DNA of 62,155 nucleotides, counting the filler, from Hausera hauseri (lineage: Eukaryota): assembly GCA_046269625.1 (NCBI GenBank). It is 12 parts of 12 records of this genome, joined end to end, with 100 filler letters (N's around TTAATTAATTAA, not from the genome) between each part and the next. Parts side by side here need not be neighbours in the genome. Positions count along the whole stretch, not along the records: positions 37,395 to 43,660 come from JBJURY010119431.1; positions 43,761 to 48,512 come from JBJURY010449913.1; positions 48,613 to 52,570 come from JBJURY010858522.1; 9 more parts are not named here. One strand, given 5' to 3'. Positions within the stretch are counted from its first letter, which is position 1. Each line of letters starts with the position of its first letter. Below are positions 39,170 to 51,157 of the stretch, piece by piece. The notes under the pieces were generated by a model. That model ran no database searches. It saw only the letters and a program-made list of their open reading frames with translations, and had not been told where the DNA came from. A program made the translations under genes and the position numbers.

Positions 39170-39531
39170 TCACATTTAGCTCCACCGAGCTCATTCGCCA
39201 CGGAAAACTGCTCTTGGGCGTGAAATTTCGTTGCGTGTTTCCACTAGACCGTGTGCCGCGTGATTTACGAAAAGCCGGTGGCTTTATCGTCAATACACAC
39301 ACTTCATCGTTGCCGGACGAACATTGGATTGCTGTGTACGTTCACCATCCAACCAACGTTTTCAGAGTATTCGACACGCTCGAATTTTGCTATCCGTCAT
39401 CGTTATTTTCTCAAATTGAACGGCAAAAATCATACCGTGTTGAATATAATCGGGTTCATTATCAACATCCAATGACTATACTGTGTGGACATTACTGCTT
39501 ATTGTGGCTTACATTACAATCACTTTTCTGA
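39170..39531 (+). pseudogene. Adenain-like cysteine protease
   Basis: F..VFPLD, FIVNTH..PDEHWIAV, VFD, YQHP..LCGHYC (His-Asp-Gln-Cys catalytic residues). Confidence 0.9.
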
Positions 39532-40278
39532 AATATGTGTGTTACAGTGGGGGTAGCCCTTACCGTCTCCCACTATAACAATGTTTTCACTTGAATTTAG
39601 TTTTCTGTATCAACAGGTTAGGACTATTCGTTCTCGAATAGTCTGTTTGTACCTTAAGATTTTATTTGAAATTATACAGTGATGCCTGTACTGTTTGCAA
39701 TAACAAATGCATGCCTCAATTTACCAATTCTTGTCTTGGCTATAGATTTTACGTTGATTTTATCCTTGGGATAGTCTAATTGTCTTTAAGAGACGATGCG
39801 AAACTATATGAGGGGTTTAAATGAAACAAATTTTAATCACCTTTTATTTCACAACTCCACCACAAGATTTCAACATGATCACGAATAAGTTCAGTAGCGA
39901 TAGTCAATAACAATACTATTTCAATTCGGATTTGTTCTAATCGGCTTTAAGGTCGATAGTCGTTTTCCGGTTCATTTTTTTGTCTCTTTTCAGTTGTTCA
40001 CGATCTGCTTATATAGCAGCATGACCGTATCTGGTTAATTTTATTTACAATTTTTTCTAAATTTGTTTTGCATTTTTCTTCAATTATTTGCGTTGTTTAT
40101 TTCAGAGTTACTTGTCAGTTTTAAATTCAGTAAACATCATGATTTATATATCTGTAGAAAACTTCAATCTATTTACATATTGCCATATTCCGGTTTAATT
40201 CTAAATTTATTTTTCTAAATTTATTTTCAGCAGTCGTAATCAGTACAGTCTGATTACAATCGATGCATGTTCAGCTAT

Positions 40279-41729
40279 TTATATCTCTCCTCCCTGAGCG
40301 GCATCCTCGAAAGAGCCTACTGCGTCAGAATAGGTGACGCCTAACGGCCTGGGTTGTCTCAATTGATTCTTTCTTTCTTGTAGATCCGTTTGGGAATCTA
40401 GTTGGCCTTGACTGGTTAATGGACTCGTCTCCAGATTGTAACTATGGTAGGGCTTGATTCGAACAACTCGGGTGTAACTTCCGTCGGAGTAGTATTTTAA
40501 TTCAGTGGCCTCTGCCCGACACACTGGAAATGTTGTTTTTCCATTGTCCAGTGTCCACTTTTCCAGACAATCTCGACAGTATTTGTGGCGGCAGATCTTG
40601 TTATCCAAAACCACGTAACCTTGTCTCAGGTTGCCATCGCATACAGAGCATTCATTATCTTCTTTGTCCCATTCGTCTCTATCTAAGTAAACATGGATCG
40701 TTAATTCAATGGGTTCGAACACAAGATCATCTTTGTCTTGATACAGGTATCCATGAATTACTTTCTGCTTAGGGTTAATTGAACTTTTTCGTGGGTCACA
40801 GTTTACTTCTATTAGTGTCCAGTCTGCCATAAGGTCTCGATCTAAATTGGGAATTCTTCCTTCTATTCGATATCTTCGATAATGTTTCTTTAGCAATATC
40901 CGGATTTGCTTATCTACCGTAACTATTACTTTTCCTCTCCTCTTAGAGCGGAAGACTGATGTGAGATAATTTCTTAACTTAGGGTTTTCCTTAAACATAT
41001 GTATTCTCGAAGACTTCTCTTCCTGGGGCAACTTTAATACAAAACATGGCTTCTTTGATCATTTTTTGCTACAGTATTCTGTAGTTGTCAGCATTCTGGA
41101 TAAGTCCTGAGTCGTTTTATAATGGACATCTTCCTTGATATTCTTTCCTACAAGGACACTTACTTCGGCTATCATGGATTTCCTATTTTTCTTCTCTACA
41201 GATTTTACTTTCTGGGAGGTATTTGGTTTGTCTTGTGGGTTTTCATCTTGTGGCTTCTCGTCTTCTCCTTTCTTCTTAAATAGATATTCATAAATAGACA
41301 GCGTTTCCTTGGACTGGAGCTTTTCTTCTAATTTTGTTTCTTTATTATTGTTTTTGCCCTCGATTCCCTTTTGTTTTCTGCCAGAAAATTTGGGGTTCTA
41401 TTAAGCATTTTGTCTTCCTTTTTGATCGCTTGTAATACCGTTTTATTTTTCTCTTGTTCTTCCATAGGTTCTTGTACTGTGATCGTAAGACTATGGCTGC
41501 CCATCGACTGGCCACTTCTGATCGGAGAATATTGTTTGACATTCCTTTTGTATTTGGTATCTATTAATTCGGGCTTCAAGAAGCTGTGCAAATTGTATAT
41601 CGGATTTTTAGGGGCCAATTCATGTTTCCACTTTAATGGTTTATAAATTTCCTGCAGATATTTGGAGCGTTGGCTAGCCGTTAGAAGTCTCGGAATTATA
41701 TTCGAGTCATTGCTTATTGCTTCAATCAT
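40279..41729 (-). pseudogene. Accessory ORF with C-terminal C3HC4 RING finger
   Basis: CSVC-x13-CRHKYCRDC-x11-FPVCR (copy A has CPVCR); frameshifted. Confidence 0.85.
40284..40295 (-). promoter_or_regulatory. Polypurine tract marking the 3' end of the internal region of copy B
   Basis: TTCGAGGATGCCGCTC-AGGGAGGAGAGA-TATAAAT on the minus strand, at the end of the RING ORF. Confidence 0.6.
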
Positions 41730-41733
41730 TAAC

Positions 41734-42674
41734 TTAAAGAAGGCTTCTGGAGCGGTCGGTCGATTTCTTTTTTTGTTCGGTTCCTTCCATTCGTTCTTGG
41801 ATTATTGGATGAGTGGCCATTTCCCTAAGTCCGGCAATATTTGAATCGGATATTTCTAGTAACTCGACGGATCGTTGCACGTTATATCCGGCCAACATAC
41901 AACCATGCAGACAATGATCCAACTCTGAGCGAATTTGTCTACTGTTTTTTCCTCTTATGAGCTGCTCTCTTCTTAAACCGGTTACTTCTGCATATGATTC
42001 TTGGACATGTTTCCGGGGGCTTATGATTGTAGCGTATATTTCGATCCCATCCCTTTCTCTAATAGATACTTCGAAGGGTATTCCATATCTATCATCTCCT
42101 CTGCCACAATTTATCGCGATGATTCTTATATTGCGACCATCTTGGAATAGTTTATATGACTGACGATGTTCATCCTCTTCTACCTCAGTTGAAATTTGTT
42201 CAAATTCTAGGGCTGGCAAGTGTAGATTACAATCTTCTCTGTAGGTCACTTCGAACATAAGTTTGACAGGAAGGGCTGCTACTCTAAATTCTCGGCCGTA
42301 TTTGACACGTTCCAAACCTTGTCTGTTTATTTTAAATGTACTGAACCGGTATTGATGTCCTTCGTTGGAGTTCCAAGGTTGGTTTTTTATTCTATAATAT
42401 AGTTCTCCGTCGGCTAAGTGGATGTATATATCTTGAGTTTTAGCTGGTCGGTTTTGGATTAATTCCTTTAAAGAGTATCCTTTAGCTTGATTATCTTCGC
42501 GCATTGCGTAAAGGTAGACTGTACGATTCTCCTCTATAATGCCTTTTAGATCATTGCGGATTTCGCTGATTTTTAAAATTTCGATATAGGTTTTTGCTTG
42601 TAAGGCTTCGGTTATCCGTCTGTAGATAGATTTCGATTTTGGAATAAATACTGTCGGTTATCCATACTTACCAT
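41734..42674 (-). pseudogene. N-terminal domain plus inactive REX4/ISG20-like exonuclease (copy B)
   Basis: IIAINCG..VSIRERDGIEIYATIISP..YAEVTGLRREQLIRG..CLHGCMLAGYN..LREM. Confidence 0.75.
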
Positions 42675-42700
42675 TCTAAAAAATAGAAAATAAGGGTCAA
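42666..42700 (-). promoter_or_regulatory. Splice acceptor, 4-nt ATG exon and GTAAGT donor (copy B)
   Basis: Minus strand reads TTGAC-ccttattttctattttt-TAG|AATG|GTAAGT. Confidence 0.68.
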
Positions 42701-42772
42701 TCCTAAACAAAGTATTGTGCTAAATCTGAACCAATTCTTTGTTAGATGGTGGAATAACCCGATCTGTAATTG

Positions 42773-43660
42773 TCAGGTTATTCCATCATTGATTTTCCCC
42801 TGTGGCACCATGACCCTTAATTCCCTCTCAATATTTTTAGGACGCTTATTACAGCAGTTGTTGGTAATAAATCGTCAAAACGCAATAAAAATTATGAGTG
42901 CAAACGTTGACGTTCCATTAATCGATATTATTGTCAAGGTTGTCCATTTAGTTAGTTTTTGTGTTTTAGCGGCAGTCGTAATTTCATCTTCCATTTCCTA
43001 GTTAGTTAGTGGTTTCGTTAAACCAATCTTATTTAGAGTCCGTACCATAAACGTTTTACTTTGTTTATTCTCTGCACCTATTTGTATTATATAGTCTGTT
43101 TTGGGTTTTAAATAGGTACATTTGATTTGATGGCTACCCTTGGCCAGTATCACTTTCTGATTATTATGTTATTATTATAATGTTCGGCAGCTTATTTTTA
43201 CGTCGCATTTAAGTGTTTCTTCCACTACAAACGTTATCTCATATTGTTTTGTTCAATATTTTACAGGAATCATTTCTAGATCCTTCTGAGGTAACCCGGT
43301 TGTTCGGAGGATTCTGGTGGAAGTTGAAGTAATTGTATTCGTCTTCGCAGTCGTAACTCTGCTTGATACCATCTTAGGTGGAATTCTCCAAATTGGACTT
43401 CCCAATTAGTAACTTCCCAGGAAAATACTCGACTGGTTTGGTCGAACTTTATATAAGTCTAATCGATTTCTATATTCATATACCTGAGGCAACTTACAAC
43501 ACTTATTCGGTTTTTCGGCGTGGATCTGACAATACTGCTGATTATGAGCTTCCTTGTCCTTTTCCATGAATTGAACCGTGATTACTCTTCTTTTCATTAA
43601 CCGTCCTTTTGTGTTTATTTGGACACAGTTGTTCTTTGGGTCTTTCGTTATACTAGCCAT
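42773..43660 (-). pseudogene. Ectodomain - FN3 - TM membrane protein (copy B)
   Basis: NNCVQINTK..YC..KCC..YEYR; Thr-rich stalk; CTYLKPKTDYIIQIGAENK; hydrophobic segment followed by NCCNKR. Confidence 0.78.
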
Positions 43661-43760
43661 NNNNNNNNNNNNNNNNNNNNNNNNNNNNNNNNNNNNNNNN
43701 NNNNTTAATTAATTAANNNNNNNNNNNNNNNNNNNNNNNNNNNNNNNNNNNNNNNNNNNN

Positions 43761-43896
43761 CCGCAACACACTTTGTCTCAAATAAAATACCGCAACACAC
43801 TTTGTCTCAAATAAAATACCGCAACACACTTTGTCTCAAATAAAATACCGCAACACACTTTGTCTCTAATAAAATACCGCAACACACTTTGTCTCA
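43761..43896. repeat. 29-bp minisatellite, about 4.7 copies (truncated by the contig edge)
   Basis: ccgcaacacactttgtctcaaataaaata head-to-tail with no spacers. Confidence 0.97.
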
Positions 43897-44664
43897 TGTA
43901 TGTGTCTGCATGCAAATTAGTTAGTTTTGTCACGAGTGTGTTTGAATAATTTTTTGTTAGTTGTTTTCTTTTGCAATTTTTTTATAAAAACATTTATTTA
44001 TCTTTTATATTATATTTTTGATTTATTTACTTAAATTTCTTTTCAGCAATGGGTGTATTGTTTGGAAATATAATTTTCATATAAATGTAATTGTCATAGA
44101 AAAGTTTCAATATTAAACCATAAATTTAAAATGAATAAATCCATTTTTTAAAATTTGTCATTTCTTATATTTCTAATCTACAGGAAAATGGTGATTATAA
44201 TTCATTCAGCATTTGAAAACAAATTTAATTCTTAAGCCAATTCCGTTTGAAATATTTTCTGGCCAATATATCCTTCATTTTTCTTTGCTTTTACAGATAT
44301 TTAAATACCAACATAGACGTTGGAAATAAATCACAGACTTTTCAAATCAACTAACTCATGTATGAGTATGTCATTCATTTGTTAAATATTTTAGTTTTCT
44401 CTGTAATTTTTTATAAAAACAATTATTTATTTAGCTTTTATATTATATTTTTAACATTTATTTACTTAAATTTCTTTTCGGATTGCCAATGCGAGCATCA
44501 AGGTATGCTATTAATTTGTAACGGGTGTAACATTTGCAATAACTTCTATCGGAATTATAACTCAATTCAATCTCAAAAGCATTACGTTGTATTGTGCAAT
44601 AATAGAATATGAAAAGAAAAACAACTAATACTAAAATATAAAATAATTCTATCTCGAAAAAGAA

Positions 44665-45682
44665 TTATGCATCTCTAAGAGGTACGTGCGTTTGCTCAAC
44701 ATCAACAACATTCTGTACACAGCAGTTCAGTTTCGTACAACATGGTTCTGACACTATCTTGGGATTTCGTACAACATAAACTGCAACGCCAGTCATAATT
44801 ACAACGTACGCAATAAAATATTTCGCATGGAATTGGTTGTTGAATAAGAAAACACCGACAATCAAAGCATACACATCTGCTCTCAATAAACTAAGATTAA
44901 CCACCACACAGCTGCTTATGCGCATGACGTACGGCATCAAGCTGTACAGAAGAAACAGAAATTGCAAAGCCCATTAAACTTGTCCAGAAAACCCAAGAGT
45001 TTGAATGTGTCCAAAGCGCGTCATGCAATGATTGTCTTTTCACAATGACAATTTCGCAACCAGATATGATCGACGCAAGAAAACCGATGAATGCCAGATA
45101 TTCAATTTGTCCATGTTTCTTTACAAAATATTCTTGGAATACGTTTGAAATTCCATAACCGATTGCCCCGACGATAACCAGAATATCACCAAGAACCGGA
45201 TTGACTGACGATTGCTGGATATCATTCAGAAAGACGTCGACAAGAACCATCGCCGTCGAACCAACTGCACACAGAATAGCACCAACATAATTAGTTCACC
45301 GGTAACGAATAGAAAATACGAACAAAGTACAGATAATTACTGTGGGAATTGTTAAACAATCTAACAACTGGACACTGGTAACATTTGTGTACTGGTATGC
45401 TTTGACAATTAGGAAATTGCCTTGTACATCAATAAATTCAGCAATTAGATAAAGCACTTCTCGTTTCTTGACAATTGACCAGATTTCGTGGGCTTCTTTA
45501 AATAACAAATAAAGTCCAAACGTTATTGTCAACAAAAAATAATTAATAAAACTTTGAAATAAAGGAACTGCTATTTGTGCTTGATTCAAATAAGAAGTGG
45601 ATATTACTGTTCCACAAATGAACACTGAGAGTATTTGGCCGAAAACAATCGAAATAATTATTCTTCGTTTGCCTTCAGGCAT
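44665..45682 (-). pseudogene. SLC35F2: SLC35F1/F2-like transporter, intronless, one stop and one frameshift
   Basis: GQILSVFICGT..P.FQSFINY.LL..IDVQGNFLIVKAYQYTNVTSVQLLDC..GDILV..YGISNVFQEYFVK..VNLSLL.ADVYAL. Confidence 0.9.
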
Positions 45683-46357
45683 GCTTCAATAAACGTGTAC
45701 GAATTACCTAAAAAGTATGAAATAAGCAATGAGGAATTGTGCAAAATCATTAATCTATATAGAGTGGGTTATGTTTCAGATCGAGAGTAAATTGGCCAGT
45801 TATACAGTGAATTGGTCAATGAATATATATATTACCCACTACAAATAAATGTGTAGAAATTTGACATCATATAATGGGATCAATGATGCCTATTGGTATA
45901 ACAAAAACTGACATATGAAATGAATTTGAAAATGTACTAAAGGGTTATGTATTATTAAAATGAAACAAAATTTGTTTCAAAATGTGTGTTATGCAAATTC
46001 AATTAATTTCAATTCAAGTTTCTCACCAAACATATTGTGACGATGACGTATTAGTAACCGAACAGATGTTGACTAACGGGCAATAAAATTGTCTCAACAA
46101 AATTCTCCAGAGTGCACCTTTTGGTGAATCACGAAAGTAGTATTATCAATGAATTGTTTAAATGAAGTAAAGTTATAATGGTTTGTAATTCTGCTGATGT
46201 TTTGTTCGTAAAGTACAAATTTAATCCATTAAAAATTCATGGAAATTAATGAACATGCTTATTTTCAAATGTTCAATTGTAATTTTATTAATTTTAATTC
46301 CGCTTTATGGTAATGGATGATTAACATTTATTATATTTATACAAAATACCACCACAG

Positions 46358-47400
46358 GTGAAATTAAAATAAATTTTACAGCTCCTTCTCATCCAATAAA
46401 GTTAGGAGAAAGTGTCAATCTTTCTTGTACAGTTTCGAATCGAAATTCACGTTATCAGCCGGTGATTATTACGAAATATGATTTGGTAATTATGAATGGA
46501 TGTAAAGTATACGACCCCACATACAAAATTTACTGTTTAAATGATGGTCAGTTCCATTTGGAAATCAAAAAAATTTATTTGGACCCATCGTGGGAAATGG
46601 ATATGTACTTATAATCGTGAGAGTCAATTCGTTGATCTGCAAATATACGGTAAATGATCTTGTATAATATTCATGATTCAGTTCAGTTCCGGGGATTAAT
46701 GTACTCACAATCAAAGCAACAACAAAACCGGTGGAATCCACCCAACTTGAACCGGAGTTATTTCCAGTGACTCATGTCCATCCCGTAATGCTCAAGGGTC
46801 TCGGTACAAAATCGTATCCATTTGATCTACAAAATGATGAGTCACTGTTGATCGTATGCAAATCAATTTGCCCATTTCCTCGGCTCTATCATGAATTCCT
46901 CCTTCGGAATTCCGTACGAAATAGATTTATAAATAATTGATCTAACCATATTCAGAGTGAATACGAGTTAAAAATAAACGGTTCTAATTTGATAAGTGAA
47001 AAATACAGTTGTCCGAAAAAAAAAGAATGGAGTCTGAATTCCGTAGAAAGTTCATTGATTTTCCAATGTTCAACGTGGAAATTAGAGGGTTTGTTTAATT
47101 TCAGCTGCACAAGTCAAAATGAAGATGATATCGTTTACGTATCGCAGAGAAATATTTTTATTCTATGTAAAAGTAAATATTATTATAATAGAATAATTTG
47201 TCATCAACTGCAATTAGCGAAACCAAACATTTTGCCACCAATGAGTAATGCAGAAATTATTCACACGATTTTGGGATGTTTCATGGGTGTTATAATATCG
47301 ATTGGACTGAGTTATTTGATCATTTGTAACCATTTATAACAAGTACGGTTTTATATCCAATTATTTTTGTAAGTTATCTATTTGGTACAATGTCGTAACC
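46358..47400 (+). CDS. Putative Ig-domain type I membrane protein with short introns (possibly disrupted)
   Basis: LGESVNLSCTV..FHLEIK..GKWICTY pattern; TM IIHTILGCFMGVIISIGLSYLII; candidate GT-AG introns of ~31-45 nt near 46650, 46914, 47173 and 47343. Confidence 0.5.
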
Positions 47401-48296
47401 TTTTATTCATTATCTGTATTGTCATAAATCTTTGTGTGTACAGTTTGTTTTTGTCGTTCCATAATAGTTACATAATACGGATAATGTATAAAAGTTATAA
47501 AATTTTTTAAACAATTATTATTTGTGTATTTTTTATTTCGGCGAAATAACAAAATCATACCAAGATCAACATTGGAAGTAACAAAATATAATGAAAAGTT
47601 TAAAAATGTTTTAAGAATACATATTTTTGAGGGGTATTTCACAAAAGCATAATTTACCAAATAAATCTTCTGTAAATATATATGCAAATTTAGAATCAGA
47701 TAAGAACCCGTACATTTTGATCAACTTGTATTTCTATAGTAAATTCAGTGTTTGGTACAATTACTATTTGTCCCACTTCATAAATTTTCTAGACTTATGG
47801 TAATTCTGCCCAAACCAACTAAATGTGTGTAATTTGACAAATTTGTTATAGTATTTATAACCAATATTCAATTACTTTCACTTTCTAATATAGATTTATA
47901 GAAAGACATAAATGAATGAAACTGTTCGTTGTATTTGTTAGTAGATCGCGTATCCACCATTCCAACATCAACGTCACTCGATGATTGTAAAGTAGAATTT
48001 TCCATAAGATATTTATTATAAAAGTTGATATAACATTTCACTCAATTCATTCAGTATATGAACCTTATTTTCCTTCTCTTTTGAATTTCCTGACTTTATA
48101 TTGGCTGAGTTGTACGTAGTGAATTGTCAGCATTGAAAATAAATAAAACAAAACAAAAGATAAATCAAAAATTTGTGGCCCTAAAGAGGACCGGTTTTTC
48201 ATTCCCTATTGGACAACTACTCAAAAATTGATTGTACAATTTTGAATGTTGCTTATTCGGATCTTCTTCTTTTCATCTGATGTTACCCTTTGTTGT

Positions 48297-48512
48297 TTTT
48301 CTTCTGTGTTTGTTTCTGTTTCCACCATATGTAAGCGATCTGTATTTGTTCCTACTTGCACAGTGTTGGTTTCTACAATATTAATAATGAGAATAATTGA
48401 ATGATGATAACAAATTACCTTTTCTTAATTTTGCGTTTTCTTCTGTGTTTGTTTCTGTTTCCACCATATGTAAGCGATCTGTATTTGTTCCTACTTGCAC
48501 AGTGTTGGTTTC
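48297..48512 (-). repeat. 77-bp direct repeat, likely a tandemly duplicated coding exon flanking a 46-nt intron
   Basis: 48297-48373 and 48436-48512 are identical and encode TNTVQVGTNTDRLHMVETETNTEE on the minus strand; GTAATT..TTGTAG intron at 48418-48373. Confidence 0.7.
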
Positions 48513-48612
48513 NNNNNNNNNNNNNNNNNNNNNNNNNNNNNNNNNNNNNNNNNNNNTTAATTAATTAANNNNNNNNNNNNNNNNNNNNNNNNNNNNNNNN
48601 NNNNNNNNNNNN

Positions 48613-49532
48613 CCAGTAGTTCAGAGCAAAATGTTCGTGCTGTTCAGCGCATGGTGATAGATGATGCGCGGATCAAGGTCAATGCGATTGCAGAAACCCT
48701 TCACATCTCAACAGGTACAGTTCACTCCATCTTCCATGATCATCTACAGATGAGTAAGGTTTGTGCCTGATGGGTGCCAAAATCGCTTTAGGTGTTTGAC
48801 AAGCAGAGGCGATTGACAACTTGTCAGGAGCTTTTGCACCGCTATGAAGAAGATCCGGAGGAATTTGAGGCAAGGATTGTTACAGGTGATGAGACGTGGG
48901 TTTATGATTACCAGCCTGAATCAAAACAGCAAATCAAGGTGTGGATCAAGAAAGGAAATCTTCCACCGGTAAAGTTCAAGACCACCAAGTCAGCTGGAAA
49001 AACAATAGTCACAGTTTTCTGGGATTGTAAGGGTGTTGTGTTGGTGGACTTTTTGCCACGGGACAACAATGACAAGCCATTATTACTCTGGATTATTGGG
49101 GCGTTTGCGAGAGACTGTGAAGAAGGAGCGTCGTGGGAAAATAAGTCATGGTATTCTGCTCCAACATGATAATGCACCTCCTCACACCTACCATGTTTCA
49201 TCCGCTGCTATTCATAAATGCGGTTTTGAACTTTTGCCTCACCCACCCTATTCCGCAGACCTTGCCCCCAGTGACTACCATCTGTTTTCAAATCTCAAGA
49301 AAGCGCTGGGTGAAAACAGATTTTCAGATGATAATGAACTGAAAACCTTTGTTAATGGCTGGTTGCATGATCCGGCACAAAACTTTTATTTTATGGGGAT
49401 TCATGCACTTTACACATGATGGTATAAATGTATTGATGTAAGGAGTAGTTATCTAGAAAAACTATAAATAAATTATTTGTCTCATTTACTTGCTTCTGGT
49501 ATTTTGTCAAAAATTTTTGAACGCCCCTCGTA
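48613..49532 (+). mobile_element. mariner (DD34D) transposon remnant with 3' TIR and TA
   Basis: WVPK, IVTGDETWVY, TVFWD, QHDNAPPH, HPPYSADLAPSDYHLF; ends tttttgaacgcccctcg-TA; frameshift and stops. Confidence 0.95.
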
Positions 49533-50770
49533 TTATTCAATTTGCTCATGGCACCAATCACGGCACTCAACGTATAATAATTTTTAATAATATTTTAGAA
49601 GTTTTACAGGTATCCATGTTAAAACATTGGGATACCATAAAAATAACGCAAAATTGTTAGAACGTTTATTGACATGACATTCCTATTTTTCCATGTTCGT
49701 CGCACATGTAGATATCGGGTTATTTGAACCGCAACCTTCATCCAACCAGGGAACCTAGAGGATCTTCGGTGTAGAGATGTCTTAGTAATAGCCATCGTCT
49801 AATTACAGGCATTGTGATTCGGTATAATTCGTATCGAAAAGGAACGTCTCATATGCTTAAAAGAATTGTTAGGATCATCATGCCAAAGGCTAACGACGAG
49901 CTCAAACCACAAAGAATAATGCATAATGCAGCTTCTTTCGTGGAACAACGGTTGCGGATAATTTGCCAACCGTGTCGAATCGAAACCAAGAATCGTTATA
50001 TTGTATAATCAGTCTTAATGCGGCACAATAGACGGGATTTTAAAATCCCCAATTATCTTTTTAAAGTACACATTTAAACAAATTCGAATTTTGATTTTCG
50101 AATTTATTTTGCCGAACACGTCTTTTTCAAATAGCGAACCTGTAAATTGCATCATTTGACTTTGTAGCAAGAACTAAAATATTAATTAATCATGACAGGT
50201 AGATTGAGTACTTAAAATGAAATATGTAAAACCATTTCTAATAAAAAGAATGAAAAAAGTATAAGGATTTGTTATCTAGAAAATGAGATATGCTAAAAAG
50301 TATTGGTTTAAAAACCTTCGTAGACAAATGTAGATAACTGATCCTTACTTGAATTTTCATAACATACGTTTGTCATCTGATTGATATAAAATACCGCATA
50401 ATCATCCACCTGACTTTTATAAACCGTGAACTTTGTTTTACATATTTCGACAGTTACAATCACGATATTAGTCAAAGTTAAAAACAGTTCTAAAATCCGC
50501 CATAACCCGATTTCTATGCTTAAAATTTTATATTAAACATTCCTCAATTGTTTGAAGAATGTTGCCAAGATTGCGAACACAGTAAATGTGGCGATGACGA
50601 AATTGAAATCAATATTATTAAGGAAGAGAGTGATATTCAGGATTAATCATGTAGAGGTGGTATAATATCAGACTGTTATTGCTGTGTTATTAAAGTTGTT
50701 GTATACACACGTTACTTTTTCAAGACAAATCGATAATAATATATTGTCTAAAACACAACTAACAAAATTA

Positions 50771-51157
50771 CTAATTTAAATCCTTCAAACCAGTTATAAC
50801 AATTTTCCCCGTATGAAAGACATTTACACATAGAGGATTATAACAAGTTAATCTTAGTGCAGGAAATAATTCTGGTTCATAGAGACTGGGGCTATTCCTC
50901 GCCAATGTGTTGAGATCTATGGGTTCACCAAAATTACATGTCACTGTAATTGATTGTATACCCACAATTGAAATATTGTAGGGCAAACTGCATGAATCAA
51001 TGGGCTTTTTACATCCCTTTATTCGACATTTTTCATTGGAAAATAATATAATGGTATATTCTGGGTATAGTAAAACACACTGTTTAGGTCTACATCCGAA
51101 TTTGATTTCATCCAATAAAACTGTAGTGAAATCTTTGCAGTTGATATTGCTTAGCAT
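50771..51157 (-). CDS. Small divergent TATA-binding-protein-like ORF
   Basis: TIILFSNEKCRIKG (repeat 1); IQSITVTC..IDLNTLA..YEPELFPAL..VNVFHTGKIVITG (repeat 2). Confidence 0.8.
   Translation of the reverse strand: MLSNINCKDFTTVLLDEIKFGCRPKQCVLLYPEYTIILFSNEKCRIKGCKKPIDSCSLPYNISIVGIQSITVTCNFGEPIDLNTLARNSPSLYEPELFPALRLTCYNPLCVNVFHTGKIVITGLKDLN

Larger units (their letters stand above)
37395..39531 (+). mobile_element. Polinton/Maverick (adintovirus-like) virion morphogenesis module, decayed
   Basis: Penton C-terminus, GSG-containing core protein, MCP and adenain in tandem on one strand. Confidence 0.88.
40279..43660 (-). mobile_element. Complex Ty3/Gypsy accessory cassette, copy B: ectodomain/FN3 - TM - splice signals - pseudo-exonuclease - RING - PPT
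   Basis: Collinear protein homology with copy A throughout (HLADGE.YYR, YAEVTG, LTASQRS, KEAMF, DWTLI.V.CDP.KSSINPKQK). Confidence 0.88.

Noticed and set aside
13461-39531. pPolB and capsid module as one contiguous Polinton
   Set aside because: They lie on different contigs separated by artificial spacers; linkage cannot be shown.
43761-43896. CRISPR array (29-bp repeats)
   Set aside because: No unique spacers and no cas genes; it is a simple tandem repeat.
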